A program made the translations under genes and the position numbers. A stretch of DNA of 64,000 bases from Flavobacteriales bacterium (GTDB lineage: Bacteria > Bacteroidota > Bacteroidia > Flavobacteriales > UBA7430). The stretch's first letter is position 1; each line of letters starts with the position of its first letter. A model generated the notes under the pieces. That model searched no databases. It was not told the DNA's origin and saw nothing but the letters and a program-made list of their open reading frames with translations. The stretch lies in assembly GCA_965662265.1 (NCBI GenBank), contig CBFIGX010000005.1, forward strand, positions 79,544-143,543, written 5' to 3'. Shown piece after piece: positions 15,849-25,905 of the stretch.

Positions 15849-16760
15849 TTACTTTATATGTTTTTCTACACGACCGTTGCTATATAAGTAAAATAATAAC
15901 TGCCCTGACATATGCTGATGATGCTCTCTTCCCAATATATCAATCATCTTAATCGGACTTACATCCTCATGAACTAATTCTTCGTATAGACCCACATTAT
16001 TCCAGCTTATTGGGTAGCTACAAACTACATTAGCTGATCCTGCAAAGAGCCCTTCTACCACACAAAGTTCTCCAGTAAAAGGCATTTCTAAAGCTTCGGA
16101 TACAATTAATGCCCTTGTTTCACCCATCCCTGGCCCGGTTATAGCATAAACGTTTCCAGCAGATTCTAATGTTTCGGTTGCTATGGTTTCACCCATGGCA
16201 TCTCTTAACATGAGTCCAGCGTATGGAATAGAATAATTATTAAAAGAAGTTTCTATAGTTACAAACAGGGTATCAAAACTTATCTCAGATGATAGGGCTA
16301 TTGGGAGTTGGGCATTTAAACTTATGGAGTCGCAAAAATTAAAACATTCAGAGCAACACTGACCATCAAGCTCTTGCCAGATACCATTACAAGGAATTCC
16401 CATTTCTTCAGCACAATCAATGATTATTTCTACAAACGAACCATTGCTAAGGCATTCTCCTGTTTCACAAGGGTTATTAGGGTTTTCCCAAAAGCCTGCT
16501 TGATAAATTTCTATACCCGAGGTAGACGTGCAAAGTGGATCATTCGTTGAGGTACATTCTCCTGGTGAGTATTCATATATACTAGAGCATTCCGCAAAGC
16601 CATAATTGCTATATGTAACTCCATCGCAACCGCAAACAGGGTTATACTCCATAGTGGCCATGCAGCCTGGAATGAGAACAGCTATACAAGAATCTATAGA
16701 CTGCGCTATCACAGAATGAGTGAGCAAAGACAAAAGGATTGAAAAAAGAACAGATTTCAT
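15849..16760 (-). CDS. Secreted Cys-rich protein with Kazal-like and VWC-like modules and a T9SS C-terminal sorting domain
   Basis: It has a signal peptide and CMATMEYNPVCGCDGVTYSNYGFAEC (Kazal-like PVCGxDGxTYxN). PCETGECLSNGSFVEIIIDCAEEMGIPCNGIWQELDGQCCSEC ends in the G-x-CC-x-x-C pattern of VWC/chordin-type modules. The C-terminal IKMIDILGRE....GQLLFYLYSNGRVEKHIK is a T9SS type-A-like tail. Confidence 0.6.
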   Translation of the reverse strand: MKSVLFSILLSLLTHSVIAQSIDSCIAVLIPGCMATMEYNPVCGCDGVTYSNYGFAECSSIYEYSPGECTSTNDPLCTSTSGIEIYQAGFWENPNNPCETGECLSNGSFVEIIIDCAEEMGIPCNGIWQELDGQCCSECFNFCDSISLNAQLPIALSSEISFDTLFVTIETSFNNYSIPYAGLMLRDAMGETIATETLESAGNVYAITGPGMGETRALIVSEALEMPFTGELCVVEGLFAGSANVVCSYPISWNNVGLYEELVHEDVSPIKMIDILGREHHQHMSGQLLFYLYSNGRVEKHIK

Positions 16761-16941
16761 ACAAATTCAATAATATGTTTAGGTCTAAATCTAGTTAAAA
16801 ATATAGAAGAATGTATACGATTTTAAAAAGATTATACATTTTGAGCTATCATAGAGCTTAATAAGAGATATACTAACCTATTATGGCAAAAAAACAGCAA
16901 CTAAAGTCGCTGTTTATCATTACTTACACATGTTCAAAGTC

Positions 16942-17238
16942 CTAATGATCGTGCTCTTCTCCACAGTGAACTTCGTTAGCGCTTCCAGGCAAAACCATTG
17001 ATGGTAAAGAATCGCCATCAACATCTAAATAAAGAGTATCCTGAATGGTATATCCAGTCTCTTCGATATCGTGTAAAGCATCTTCACAATACTCACCTAA
17101 CTCCATAAGCTCATATTCTGTTCCGTTTATATCTACTACAACATGACATTCAGCACATTCGTCTTCACTACACCCTACAAATAGAAATAATGAGAGAGAG
17201 GCTAAACACACTTTTAAATTTAAAAAATTACGTTTCAT
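16942..17238 (-). CDS. Small lipoprotein with Cys-rich N-terminus and His-rich C-terminal tail (candidate metal-binding protein)
   Basis: The lipobox is LFLFVGC. The mature N-terminus is CSEDECAECHVV and the C-terminus is EVHCGEEHDH*. Confidence 0.55.
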   Translation of the reverse strand: MKRNFLNLKVCLASLSLFLFVGCSEDECAECHVVVDINGTEYELMELGEYCEDALHDIEETGYTIQDTLYLDVDGDSLPSMVLPGSANEVHCGEEHDH

Positions 17239-17289
17239 GATAATTGTTTTTTTTTATTTTTCTGGTGAAATATTTAATTAGGAAATAAA

Positions 17290-17340
17290 GCAACTTAGTT
17301 GCAAACATAAATATTATATTTGTTAACGCAACAATGTTGC
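17290..17340. promoter_or_regulatory. Two copies of the palindrome GCAAC-N3-GTTGC in the divergent promoter region
   Basis: gcaacttagttgc is at 17290-17302 and (c)gcaacaatgttgc(g) at 17328-17340. Their centres are 38 bp apart. They sit between the lipoprotein start (17238) and the Fur-family start (17355). Confidence 0.45.
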
Positions 17341-17354
17341 GCTAAAAGAATTAC

Positions 17355-17735
17355 ATGGGCATCAAAAGAAAAACAAAATCAGTAGACTTCATTCTAAACG
17401 AATTCCAAAAAGACAGAGAGGCCATCTCTGCCACAGATTTGGTACATAGACTAAGTAGTAATTTTAACAAAACAACTGTTTACCGTGTTTTGGAAAAACT
17501 AGAGCAAGACGGCACCTTACACTCCTTTACTGGGAAGAATTCTTCAAAATGGTACGCTAAATGTTATGGATGCAAAGCGGATAATCATATAGATGTGCAT
17601 CCTCATTTTGAATGTAGTGCTTGCGCTCAAGTAGAGTGTTTGGATGTTGAGATTAGCATCCCCACTGTTGCAGACAAGAAGATTAGCAAAGCAGCAGTGC
17701 TATTACAAGGTTTATGTAGCAATTGTCTGCATTAG
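17355..17735 (+). CDS. Fur-family metalloregulator (Zur/Fur-like)
   Basis: ISATDLVHRL....NKTTVYRVLEKLEQDGTLH is a Fur-type winged helix. HPHFECSACAQVECLD and GLCSNC supply the two CxxC pairs of the structural Zn site. Confidence 0.75.
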   Translation: MGIKRKTKSVDFILNEFQKDREAISATDLVHRLSSNFNKTTVYRVLEKLEQDGTLHSFTGKNSSKWYAKCYGCKADNHIDVHPHFECSACAQVECLDVEISIPTVADKKISKAAVLLQGLCSNCLH

Positions 17736-17748
17736 GGTTTTAATGACG

Positions 17749-19131
17749 TTACTTTCCAATACAGAAATCTCTAAATATAGAATCTAGCAGATCGTCTGTG
17801 GTAATATCACCGGTAATCTCACCTAAATGGCTTAGTGCCTGACGAATGTCCATAGCCAATAAATCACCAGACAAATTGCTCTCTAAGCCTTCCTGAACAC
17901 AAATGATGTTTTCTTGAGCTTTAGTAAGTGCTTCAAAATGTCTGGAATTAGAAACAACTATATCATTGTTATGAAGATTTCCTTGATTTACTTGTTTAAT
18001 TAGCAGACATTTTAGCTGCTTTATATTATATTTTTCTTTTGCTGATAGGTATAGTACATTTGGTAGGACTTCGAATTTGGTATGCAAGTTTTCTAGCTGA
18101 CCTCTATCTACCTTATTGGCTATGCAGATGAGTTGTTTCCCTACAAGGTGCTCTTTCATTTTTAGCAAGTCGGCCAAAAGTTGTTGTGGGTCGTCTTTGG
18201 TTGCATCAAATAAAAATAAAACCACCTTAGCTTGAGCTATTTTCTCAAATGTTTTTTCTATCCCGATACGTTCTACCTGATCTTGAGTTTCTCTAATGCC
18301 AGCAGTATCCACAAATCTGAAGCTTACACCTTCAATGAGTAGTTCATCTTCTATAGCATCTCGAGTAGTACCTGCAACATCCGATACTATAGCGCGATCT
18401 TCGTTTAATAAGGCATTTAAAAGAGTCGATTTTCCAACATTAGGTTCCCCAACTATGGCTACAGGTATTCCATTTTTTAACACGTTACCTAGAGCAAAAG
18501 AATCTATAAGTCTTCGCAAAACAGACTTCAATTTGTTAAGCAGTTTAGTAAGTTGTTGCCTATCTGCAAATTCTACATCTTCAGTGCTGAAGTCTAGCTC
18601 TAACTCAATAAGTGAAGCAAACTTGATGAGCTCTTTTCGCAAAGCACCAATTTCTAACGAAAACCCACCACGCATTTGAGACAGGGCCAAATGGTGCGAC
18701 TTCTCATTTGATGAACTAATAAGGTCTGCTACAGCCTCTGCTTGAGAAAGATCCATTTTACCATTCATAAAAGCTCTAAAGGTAAACTCTCCTGGTTCAG
18801 CTGTTCTACAACCTCTTTTAAGTAAGAGCTGTAAAATTTGTTGTTGAATATATGTAGATCCATGACAGGAAATTTCGACTACCTCTTCACCTGTGTATGA
18901 GTTTGGCGCCTTAAAAAGAGATACCAATACTTCATCAATCATCTTAGTACCATCCATAATATGACCTAAGTGGATGCTGTGTGATTTTTGATCAAGAAGA
19001 TGTTTGCCTGATTTTACTGATTGAAACAAAGCATCGCAGATGCTTATGGCGTTTGAACCAGACACACGTATGACGGCAATAGCAGCAAGACCTGCCGAGG
19101 TAGCTAATGCACATATAGTATCTTTTCTCAT
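17749..19131 (-). CDS. mnmE: tRNA modification GTPase MnmE (TrmE)
   Basis: MRKDTICALATSAGLAAIAVIRVSG..., the G-domain GEPNVGKSTLLNAL...DTAGIR, and the C-terminal FCIGK motif. The start is set at the internal ATG (19131) rather than the track ORF start. Confidence 0.93.
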   Translation of the reverse strand: MRKDTICALATSAGLAAIAVIRVSGSNAISICDALFQSVKSGKHLLDQKSHSIHLGHIMDGTKMIDEVLVSLFKAPNSYTGEEVVEISCHGSTYIQQQILQLLLKRGCRTAEPGEFTFRAFMNGKMDLSQAEAVADLISSSNEKSHHLALSQMRGGFSLEIGALRKELIKFASLIELELDFSTEDVEFADRQQLTKLLNKLKSVLRRLIDSFALGNVLKNGIPVAIVGEPNVGKSTLLNALLNEDRAIVSDVAGTTRDAIEDELLIEGVSFRFVDTAGIRETQDQVERIGIEKTFEKIAQAKVVLFLFDATKDDPQQLLADLLKMKEHLVGKQLICIANKVDRGQLENLHTKFEVLPNVLYLSAKEKYNIKQLKCLLIKQVNQGNLHNNDIVVSNSRHFEALTKAQENIICVQEGLESNLSGDLLAMDIRQALSHLGEITGDITTDDLLDSIFRDFCIGK

Positions 19132-19324
19132 CAACAATGAATTTTGACAAAAATAAGTAAAATGAAGTTTACTTAAACTAGAGCCATTATTTAAAATTAC
19201 ACACAAAATTTAACCCACATACAAAAGCCAAAAGCAAGTATGTAAGCAAAGAAGTTTAGCATCTAAATAGATACTTTTAAAAACTTTTTCACTAATTTTA
19301 TGCATTAATAAGACAATTATATTT

Positions 19325-20629
19325 ATGAGTAAAAACCAGACTTTGAGTCCCATTCAAAAGTTTATCAATGCCGAGAGTTTTAGTGGTATCCTTCTATTTT
19401 CTGCTACCATTATAGCCTTACTATTCTCTAACCTTCCCTTTTACGAATTGTACGAATCTATATGGAATTATAAACTTGGCTTTAAGATCGAGAGTTTCGA
19501 GCTCGTAAAACCTCTTATCTTATGGATTAATGACGGATTAATGGCCATTTTCTTTTTCTTGATTGGTTTAGAAATCAAACGTGAAATTTTAATAGGAGAA
19601 CTTAATTCTATCAAAAAAGCATCTTTGCCTTTTTTTGCTGCTATTGGAGGTATGATCGTTCCTTTAGTATTATATATCGTTGTCAATCAAAATCCTGAAA
19701 CCGAAGGTGGCTGGGGAATATCGATGGCTACAGACATTGCATTTACTTTAGCTATTTTAAAACTATTGGGTAATAAAGTACCTCTAGGCTTAAAAATTTT
19801 CCTAACTGCATTTGCCATCATAGACGACTTGGGAGCAGTACTTATTATTGCCTTGTTTTATACACAAGAAATTGGTTGGGACTTGCTTCTATACTCTGCA
19901 ATACTATTAACTATCCTTTATGTACTATCGTATTTAAAAATACATAGTAAATTTTTGTTACTAAGCTTTGGTTTTGTGGTGTGGCTTTTGTTCTTAAAAG
20001 CTGGTGTACACCCAACAATTGCTGGTATTTTATTGGCTTTAGCAATTCCGGTTAGGCAAAAAATTAACGAATACAAATACGTTGAAGAACTCAAGGCGAT
20101 TACAAGTAGAATTGTTGACGAATCTAACACAAGTAATTTACCTACCCTCACAGAAAAACAGATTGAAGACATTGATAATCTGGAAGACTTGACCAACAGT
20201 GTACAATCACCACTTCAACAATTAGAACACAGGCTTCACCACTGGGTAGCCTACTTGATTATGCCTGTATTTGCTTTAGCAAATGCGGGTGTACATTTTG
20301 GTTCTAACATACAACTAGACTGGAATTTAGTAAGCACTATAATTGTCTCTTTATTTATTGGTAAAACTCTGGGTGTATTTATTTTCTCTTATTTAAGTGT
20401 TCGATTTAAACTAGCAACCCTTCCCGAAAATATTAATTTCAAGCTCATCTTAGGAACAGCTGTTTTATCTGGCTTAGGCTTTACCATGTCCTTATTTATA
20501 GGCGGACTTGCTTTTCATGACAATTTCACTTATTTAAGTTCAGCTAAAGTGGGTATTATCATCGCCTCTCTCCTATCTGGAATTGTAGGGTATATTATTA
20601 TTAGAAAAGAAATAAAAGTGAAAGCCTAG
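19325..20629 (+). CDS. nhaA: Na+/H+ antiporter NhaA
   Basis: WINDGLMAIFFFLIGLEIKREIL.GEL and a polytopic membrane profile. Confidence 0.9.
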   Translation: MSKNQTLSPIQKFINAESFSGILLFSATIIALLFSNLPFYELYESIWNYKLGFKIESFELVKPLILWINDGLMAIFFFLIGLEIKREILIGELNSIKKASLPFFAAIGGMIVPLVLYIVVNQNPETEGGWGISMATDIAFTLAILKLLGNKVPLGLKIFLTAFAIIDDLGAVLIIALFYTQEIGWDLLLYSAILLTILYVLSYLKIHSKFLLLSFGFVVWLLFLKAGVHPTIAGILLALAIPVRQKINEYKYVEELKAITSRIVDESNTSNLPTLTEKQIEDIDNLEDLTNSVQSPLQQLEHRLHHWVAYLIMPVFALANAGVHFGSNIQLDWNLVSTIIVSLFIGKTLGVFIFSYLSVRFKLATLPENINFKLILGTAVLSGLGFTMSLFIGGLAFHDNFTYLSSAKVGIIIASLLSGIVGYIIIRKEIKVKA

Positions 20630-20732
20630 TTTCTAGCGAATCAAAAAACTAAAAATGTAGTTCATATTTCTTGCTGATTGCAAGAGATTAACTTAATTTC
20701 GCATCGAAAATTTTTCGAAAAAAAGACGATAA

Positions 20733-21602
20733 ATGAGCGTATTAGTAAATAAAGACTCCAAAGTTATTATTCAAGGTTTTACAGGTAAGGAAGGTACTTT
20801 TCATGCCTCTCAAATGATTGAATATGGAACTAATGTGGTTGGTGGTGTAACTCCTGGAAAGGGAGGTCAATCTCACCTAGATCGCCCTGTATTTAACACG
20901 GTAACTGAGGCAGTAAAAAAAGCACAAGCCGACACATCTATTATTTTTGTGCCGCCAGCTTTTGCTGCAGATGCTATTATGGAAGCTGCTGACGCAGGTA
21001 TCAAAGTAATCATTTGTATTACAGAAGGTGTTCCTACAAAAGATATGGTAACTGTTAAAAACTATATAAACGATAAAGACTGTCGTTTAATAGGTCCTAA
21101 CTGCCCTGGAGTAATTACACCTGATGGGGCTAAATGTGGAATTATGCCAGGCTTTGTTTTTAAAACTGGTAAAGTAGGTGTGGTTTCTAAATCGGGAACT
21201 TTAACTTATGAAGCTGCAGATCAAGTGGTGAAATCTGGAATGGGAATAACTACAGCAATTGGTATTGGTGGTGATCCTATCATTGGAACTACTACTAAAG
21301 ATGCTGTAGAATTACTAATGAAAGATCCCGAAACTGAAGGTATCATTATGATTGGTGAAATTGGAGGTACTATGGAGGCTGATGCTGCCAAATGGATTAA
21401 AGAACATGGGACAAAGCCAGTGGTAGGGTTTATTGCCGGACAAACTGCGCCTAAAGGAAGAACTATGGGGCATGCTGGAGCTATTGTAGGTGGAGCCGAC
21501 GATACTGCTGAAGCAAAAATGAAGATTATGTCTGAATGTGGAATTCACGTAGTGGTTTCTCCAGCAGATATGGGATCTAAAATGAAAGAAGTACTTTCCT
21601 AA
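20733..21602 (+). CDS. sucD: Succinate--CoA ligase (ADP-forming) subunit alpha
   Basis: [14 protein letters not shown]...GGVTPGKGG...NCPGVITP...GIGGDP...MGHAGAI. Confidence 0.95.
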   Translation: MSVLVNKDSKVIIQGFTGKEGTFHASQMIEYGTNVVGGVTPGKGGQSHLDRPVFNTVTEAVKKAQADTSIIFVPPAFAADAIMEAADAGIKVIICITEGVPTKDMVTVKNYINDKDCRLIGPNCPGVITPDGAKCGIMPGFVFKTGKVGVVSKSGTLTYEAADQVVKSGMGITTAIGIGGDPIIGTTTKDAVELLMKDPETEGIIMIGEIGGTMEADAAKWIKEHGTKPVVGFIAGQTAPKGRTMGHAGAIVGGADDTAEAKMKIMSECGIHVVVSPADMGSKMKEVLS

Positions 21603-21620
21603 AACATAAATCATATTCCT

Positions 21621-21652
21621 AAAAAAGTCCCGCTTGATGTGGGGCTTTTTTT
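21621..21652 (+). terminator. Probable intrinsic terminator after sucD
   Basis: Sequence is aaaaAGTCCCgcttgatgtGGGGCTttttttt. It forms a 6-bp stem with one G-U pair, followed by a T-run. Confidence 0.5.
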
Positions 21653-21720
21653 ATGTTATTATTTCTTATTCAATACACACAATTCCTTACATTAGCACTA
21701 TGAAAAATATTTACACCACT

Positions 21721-22191
21721 ATGAAAAAAATACTCTTTTTGTTTCTTGCTATACTTAGTATTTCATGTCAGAACAACACTCATGAAGTACCTAAGGTGAC
21801 TCAAAAAATTGAGCATGAAGTAAAATTATGGCAAACAGACATCAATAAAGCGTTAAAAATGTCTGCAAAAAGTGGCAAACCTATTTTTGCCTTTTTTACA
21901 GGAAAAGAATGGTGTGGTTGGTGCAAAAAACTAGATAAGCAAGTTTTAACACAAGATGCCTTTAAAAGCTATGCCAAAGAAAATTTAATTCTATTAGAGC
22001 TAGATTTTCCACGTGGTAAAAGAAATTTACCAGCAAAGCAAATAGAACTTGCCAATAAGTTTAATATCAAAGGCTACCCAACGGTGATACTTATGGATGC
22101 TCAAACAAACCATATCGCTACAACTGGATACGAAGCAATGAGCCCTGAGCAATATGTAAGTCATATCCAAAGTTTATTAAACAGTAAATAG
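21721..22191 (+). CDS. Thioredoxin-fold lipoprotein (thioredoxin family, CGWC motif)
   Basis: The lipoprotein signal is MKKILFLFLAILSISC. The motif is FFTGKEWCGWCKKLDKQVL. ATG 21700 is an alternative start. The track ORF start at 21634 lies inside the sucD terminator. Confidence 0.7.
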   Translation: MKKILFLFLAILSISCQNNTHEVPKVTQKIEHEVKLWQTDINKALKMSAKSGKPIFAFFTGKEWCGWCKKLDKQVLTQDAFKSYAKENLILLELDFPRGKRNLPAKQIELANKFNIKGYPTVILMDAQTNHIATTGYEAMSPEQYVSHIQSLLNSK

Positions 22192-22218
22192 GGTTGAGTT
22201 CACTAAATTAAAATTCAA

Positions 22219-22965
22219 ATGAAATTACTAGAAGGAAAAACGGCAATCGTAACTGGTGCTACCAGAGGTATTGGTAGAGGAGTTGCCCTAAAGCTAGCAG
22301 AACAAGGAGCCAACATTGCATTTACCTATGTGTCTTCAGAAGAAAAAGCATTGGCCATAGAAAAAGAATTGCAAGAACTAGGTGTAAAAGCTAAAGCCTA
22401 CAAATCTGATGCGTCGAAAATGGATGATGCTGAGCGTTTTGTGAAAGATGTGATCGATAATTTCGATAGTATTGACGTATTGGTAAACAATGCTGGTATT
22501 ACCAAAGACAGCCTATTAATGCGAATGAGCGAAGAAGACTTCGACAGAGTAATGGAGGTCAATTTAAAGTCTATTTTTAACATGACCAAAGCCGTTCAAA
22601 GAACCATGCTAAAACAAAGAGCAGGTTCTATTGTAAATATGACTTCTGTAGTAGGTGTAAAAGGAAATGCAGGTCAAGCTAACTATGCAGCCTCAAAAGC
22701 AGGTGTTATTGGTTTCACAAAATCTATAGCTCTAGAACTAGGCTCAAGGAATATACGATGTAATGCGATTGCACCAGGTTTTATAGAAACTGAAATGACT
22801 GAAAAACTAGGAGAACAAGTTATTGCAGATTGGAGAAATTCTATTCCTTTAAAGCGCGGTGGTAGTCCAGAAGATGTTGCCAATGCCACATTATTCTTAG
22901 CTTCCAACCTTTCGGCCTATGTTACTGGACAAACACTTCACGTTTGTGGAGGAATGTTAACTTAA
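22219..22965 (+). CDS. fabG: 3-oxoacyl-[acyl-carrier-protein] reductase FabG
   Basis: VTGATRGIGRGVA..., NNAGIT, YAASKAGVIGFTKS, and the C-terminal HVCGGM. Confidence 0.9.
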   Translation: MKLLEGKTAIVTGATRGIGRGVALKLAEQGANIAFTYVSSEEKALAIEKELQELGVKAKAYKSDASKMDDAERFVKDVIDNFDSIDVLVNNAGITKDSLLMRMSEEDFDRVMEVNLKSIFNMTKAVQRTMLKQRAGSIVNMTSVVGVKGNAGQANYAASKAGVIGFTKSIALELGSRNIRCNAIAPGFIETEMTEKLGEQVIADWRNSIPLKRGGSPEDVANATLFLASNLSAYVTGQTLHVCGGMLT

Positions 22966-22974
22966 TATTTTTTG

Positions 22975-25050
22975 ATGCTTCAATTTGAACATCACATAAT
23001 TTATATCGTAGCAGCAATGATTCTTTCATTGCTGCTTGCATTATATGTATACTACCAAGACTCTAGGTTTAGCAAGAGCCCTACGGCTATTAAAACATTA
23101 CTGATAGCACTCCGATTTATCTCCTTGAGTATCCTATGTATTTTATTATTAAAGCCTAAATGGATTAAAGAACATAAGGTAACAGAAAAACCTATTGTTG
23201 TGTTTCTTCAAGATGGTTCTGAATCACTAATAAATGGAAGTGACTCTGTATTTTATAGGACTAAATTAAGTGAAGTACTTAGCAATAATGTGCAAGAGTT
23301 AAACACTGATTTCATGGTGCACTCCTACACATTTAGCGATACGCTTTATAAGGGATTGACTAACGATTTTTCCGGTTCTAAAACAAATATTTCTAGAGCG
23401 TTAAAAAATATTGACGATAGGTATTACAATAGAAATCTAGCGGCCATCATTCTTTTATCTGATGGAAACTACAATACCGGATTAAACCCTTTATATATAG
23501 TTAAAGAGATGAATTCTCAAATATATACTGTGGGCTTGGGAAACGACTCGGTATTTACTGACCTTAAAATTGCAAATGTACAGCACAACGATATCGCGTA
23601 TCTAAACAATAAGTTCCCTCTTCAATTTGAAATTTACAGCAATAATGAAGTGCCTATTAAATCAATGCTTAAGGTGTACCACAATTCAAAATTATTACGT
23701 GAAGAATGGCTCACTATAAATGCTGGAACAGCTATCGAAAAAAAAATATTGTTAGAAACAACAGATGTAGGAATTCAATATTATACAATTGCCCTTGAAC
23801 CAATAGAAAATGAGAAGAATACAGCTAACAACACCCAAGAAATTGCCATAGAAGTTCTCGATAACAGACAAAAAGTTTTAATCTTATCTGGGTCTCCACA
23901 TCCAGACATTGCGGCAATTACCGGTGCCTTGTCTGAGGGTGATAATTTCGAAATAATACACTCTAACATTAAAGATTATACAGGAAATTTCGAAGCGTTT
24001 GACTTGGTCTTACTTCACCAAATTCCCAACATCAATCAAGCAAATAAGAATGTTATATCAAAAATAAAGGATTGTGATGTTCCCCTTTTTATTATTGGTG
24101 GAACACAAACCAATTGGGAGGAATTTAATCAAGTACAAGACCTCATTACTATAAATACTAAATACACCAATCAAGAAGTTTTTGGTGTATTACAAGATAA
24201 CTTTAGTCCTTTTTATCTGACTGATGCTTGCCAACAATTTATTAATACCTGCCCACCACTTATAACAACATTCGCAGACATCAAAAATAATGCTGTTAAA
24301 TACAGCCTACTAAGACAAGAAATTGAAGGCATTGAAACTGCTTATGAATTACTTTGTTTTGGTGATAACGAGGAAAAAAATACAGCAATATTATTGGCCG
24401 AAGGTATATGGCGATGGAGACTTTTTGATTACAAAAAAAATAATAATCACGCTAATTTCAATGAATTTATTCAGTCTATATGTCAATTTCTTACCCTAAA
24501 TAAAGACAAGAGAAAATTACGACTAAAATACCCTAAACTGATTAATCAAGATGACGACTTCACTCTTGATGTACAACTATATAATGACAATTATCAGCTG
24601 GTAAAACAGGCAGATATGACATTAAATATTCAAAGCGCAAATGGTATTGAATATAGCTATGCCTTAAAAAATTATGGAGATAGGTATAAGCTAAAACTCA
24701 ACAATCTTCCTGTTGGTAGTTATAATTTTGAACTTAACGCTACCTACAGCAATAACAATACAGCCCTAAAGGGTACATTTACTATTTTGCCATCAAATAT
24801 CGAACAGAAAGAACAAGTTTCTCAATGGGATGTACTTCGTATGTTAAGTGACCAATCAAATGGTATTTATATTCCTAAGGAGAATATCAACGCTACAGCT
24901 ACTATAGTGAAAGAAAATACAAAATCTAGTAGTTTAACATATTATAGCAAAAAGCTAAGCGATATCATCAATCAAAAACTAATCTTTTTAGTACTTTTGC
25001 TAAGTCTATTTACAGAATGGGCAGTAAGAAAAAGTTTAGGCACTCATTAA
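22975..25050 (+). CDS. Large membrane protein with vWA-like region (BatA/BatB-like architecture), function unknown
   Basis: It has N-terminal and C-terminal TM helices. KPIVVFLQDGSESL...AAIILLSDGNYNTG resembles a degenerate vWA/MIDAS segment. Confidence 0.4.
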   Translation: MLQFEHHIIYIVAAMILSLLLALYVYYQDSRFSKSPTAIKTLLIALRFISLSILCILLLKPKWIKEHKVTEKPIVVFLQDGSESLINGSDSVFYRTKLSEVLSNNVQELNTDFMVHSYTFSDTLYKGLTNDFSGSKTNISRALKNIDDRYYNRNLAAIILLSDGNYNTGLNPLYIVKEMNSQIYTVGLGNDSVFTDLKIANVQHNDIAYLNNKFPLQFEIYSNNEVPIKSMLKVYHNSKLLREEWLTINAGTAIEKKILLETTDVGIQYYTIALEPIENEKNTANNTQEIAIEVLDNRQKVLILSGSPHPDIAAITGALSEGDNFEIIHSNIKDYTGNFEAFDLVLLHQIPNINQANKNVISKIKDCDVPLFIIGGTQTNWEEFNQVQDLITINTKYTNQEVFGVLQDNFSPFYLTDACQQFINTCPPLITTFADIKNNAVKYSLLRQEIEGIETAYELLCFGDNEEKNTAILLAEGIWRWRLFDYKKNNNHANFNEFIQSICQFLTLNKDKRKLRLKYPKLINQDDDFTLDVQLYNDNYQLVKQADMTLNIQSANGIEYSYALKNYGDRYKLKLNNLPVGSYNFELNATYSNNNTALKGTFTILPSNIEQKEQVSQWDVLRMLSDQSNGIYIPKENINATATIVKENTKSSSLTYYSKKLSDIINQKLIFLVLLLSLFTEWAVRKSLGTH

Positions 25051-25059
25051 TTAATTACT

Positions 25060-25875
25060 ATGAATCAAAACATCAATCCTTTTGTTATTGTCGCTGGAGC
25101 GATATTCTTCTTTTTAATGCTAGTAGGGTCTAGTGCTACAGTAACTATTCAACCTGGAGAAAGAGCTATTATCTTTAGAAAGTTTACTAGCGGGCTCGAC
25201 AAAGACAATATAATGAAGCCTGGATTTCATATTATTGCGCCTTGGAATAAAGTATATACCTATGAGGTAAAAGAGCAAAAAGTAGAAGAAAGTATGGATA
25301 TTCTGGACAAAAACGGTTTATCTATGACTATTGAAATAACTGTTCGTTTCAATCCTACCTACAATCAAATTGGTTTCCTTCACGAAGAGTTTGGCAGCTC
25401 ATATGTTGACAGACTTGTTATACCTGAAGTTCGATCTTCGGCACGTAAGGTAATGGGACGATATGAAGCAGAGGAAATTTACTCTACTAAACGTAATGAG
25501 GTAGAATCTTCTATTATCGAAGAGACGAAACATATTTTAGCGAATAACAATGTTGAAATGAAAGCTCTGTTAATTCGCTCTATTAGACTGCCAGAAAAAA
25601 TACGACAAGCTATTGATGACAAGCTCAAGCAAGAACAAGAAGCTGCAGCCTACAGATACCGTTTAGAAAAAGAACAAAGTGAAGCGGAAAGAAAACGTAT
25701 TGCTGCTGAAGGAGAAGCAGCAGCAAATAAGATTGTGAACAGTTCACTAACTCCTAATCTATTAAAAATGAGAGGTATTGAAGCAACCATTGAACTTTCG
25801 AAGTCGCCTAACTCTAAAGTTGTTGTAATAGGTTCCGGAGACGATGGAATGCCATTGATATTAAACAATAATTAA
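25060..25875 (+). CDS. SPFH/band-7 (prohibitin-like) membrane protein
   Basis: It has an N-terminal TM helix, then TIQPGERAIIFRKF..., and a coiled-coil tail KLKQEQEAAAYRYRLEKEQSEAERKRIAAEGEAAA. Confidence 0.8.
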   Translation: MNQNINPFVIVAGAIFFFLMLVGSSATVTIQPGERAIIFRKFTSGLDKDNIMKPGFHIIAPWNKVYTYEVKEQKVEESMDILDKNGLSMTIEITVRFNPTYNQIGFLHEEFGSSYVDRLVIPEVRSSARKVMGRYEAEEIYSTKRNEVESSIIEETKHILANNNVEMKALLIRSIRLPEKIRQAIDDKLKQEQEAAAYRYRLEKEQSEAERKRIAAEGEAAANKIVNSSLTPNLLKMRGIEATIELSKSPNSKVVVIGSGDDGMPLILNNN

Positions 25876-25903
25876 AAAAAAGAGCTTCGGCTCTTTTTTT
25901 TTT
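25874..25903. terminator. Bidirectional intrinsic terminator
   Basis: Sequence is aaaaaaaAGAGCttcgGCTCTtttttttttt, with a GNRA-like/UUCG loop and flanking A- and T-runs. Confidence 0.8.
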
Positions 25904-25905
25904 GA

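Noticed and set aside
17749-19206. N-terminal extensions suggested by the longest-ORF coordinates: mnmE from 19206, MarR from 2693, PTPS from 2876, cox3-like from 54464, thioredoxin-like from 21634, M20 from 38625, and CPF-2 from 8919.
   Set aside because: The extensions are hydrophobic or AT-rich read-through of promoter or terminator DNA, or of the upstream gene. Internal ATGs give N-termini matching the family consensus, and in two cases they create ATGA / ATG-in-stop coupling overlaps.
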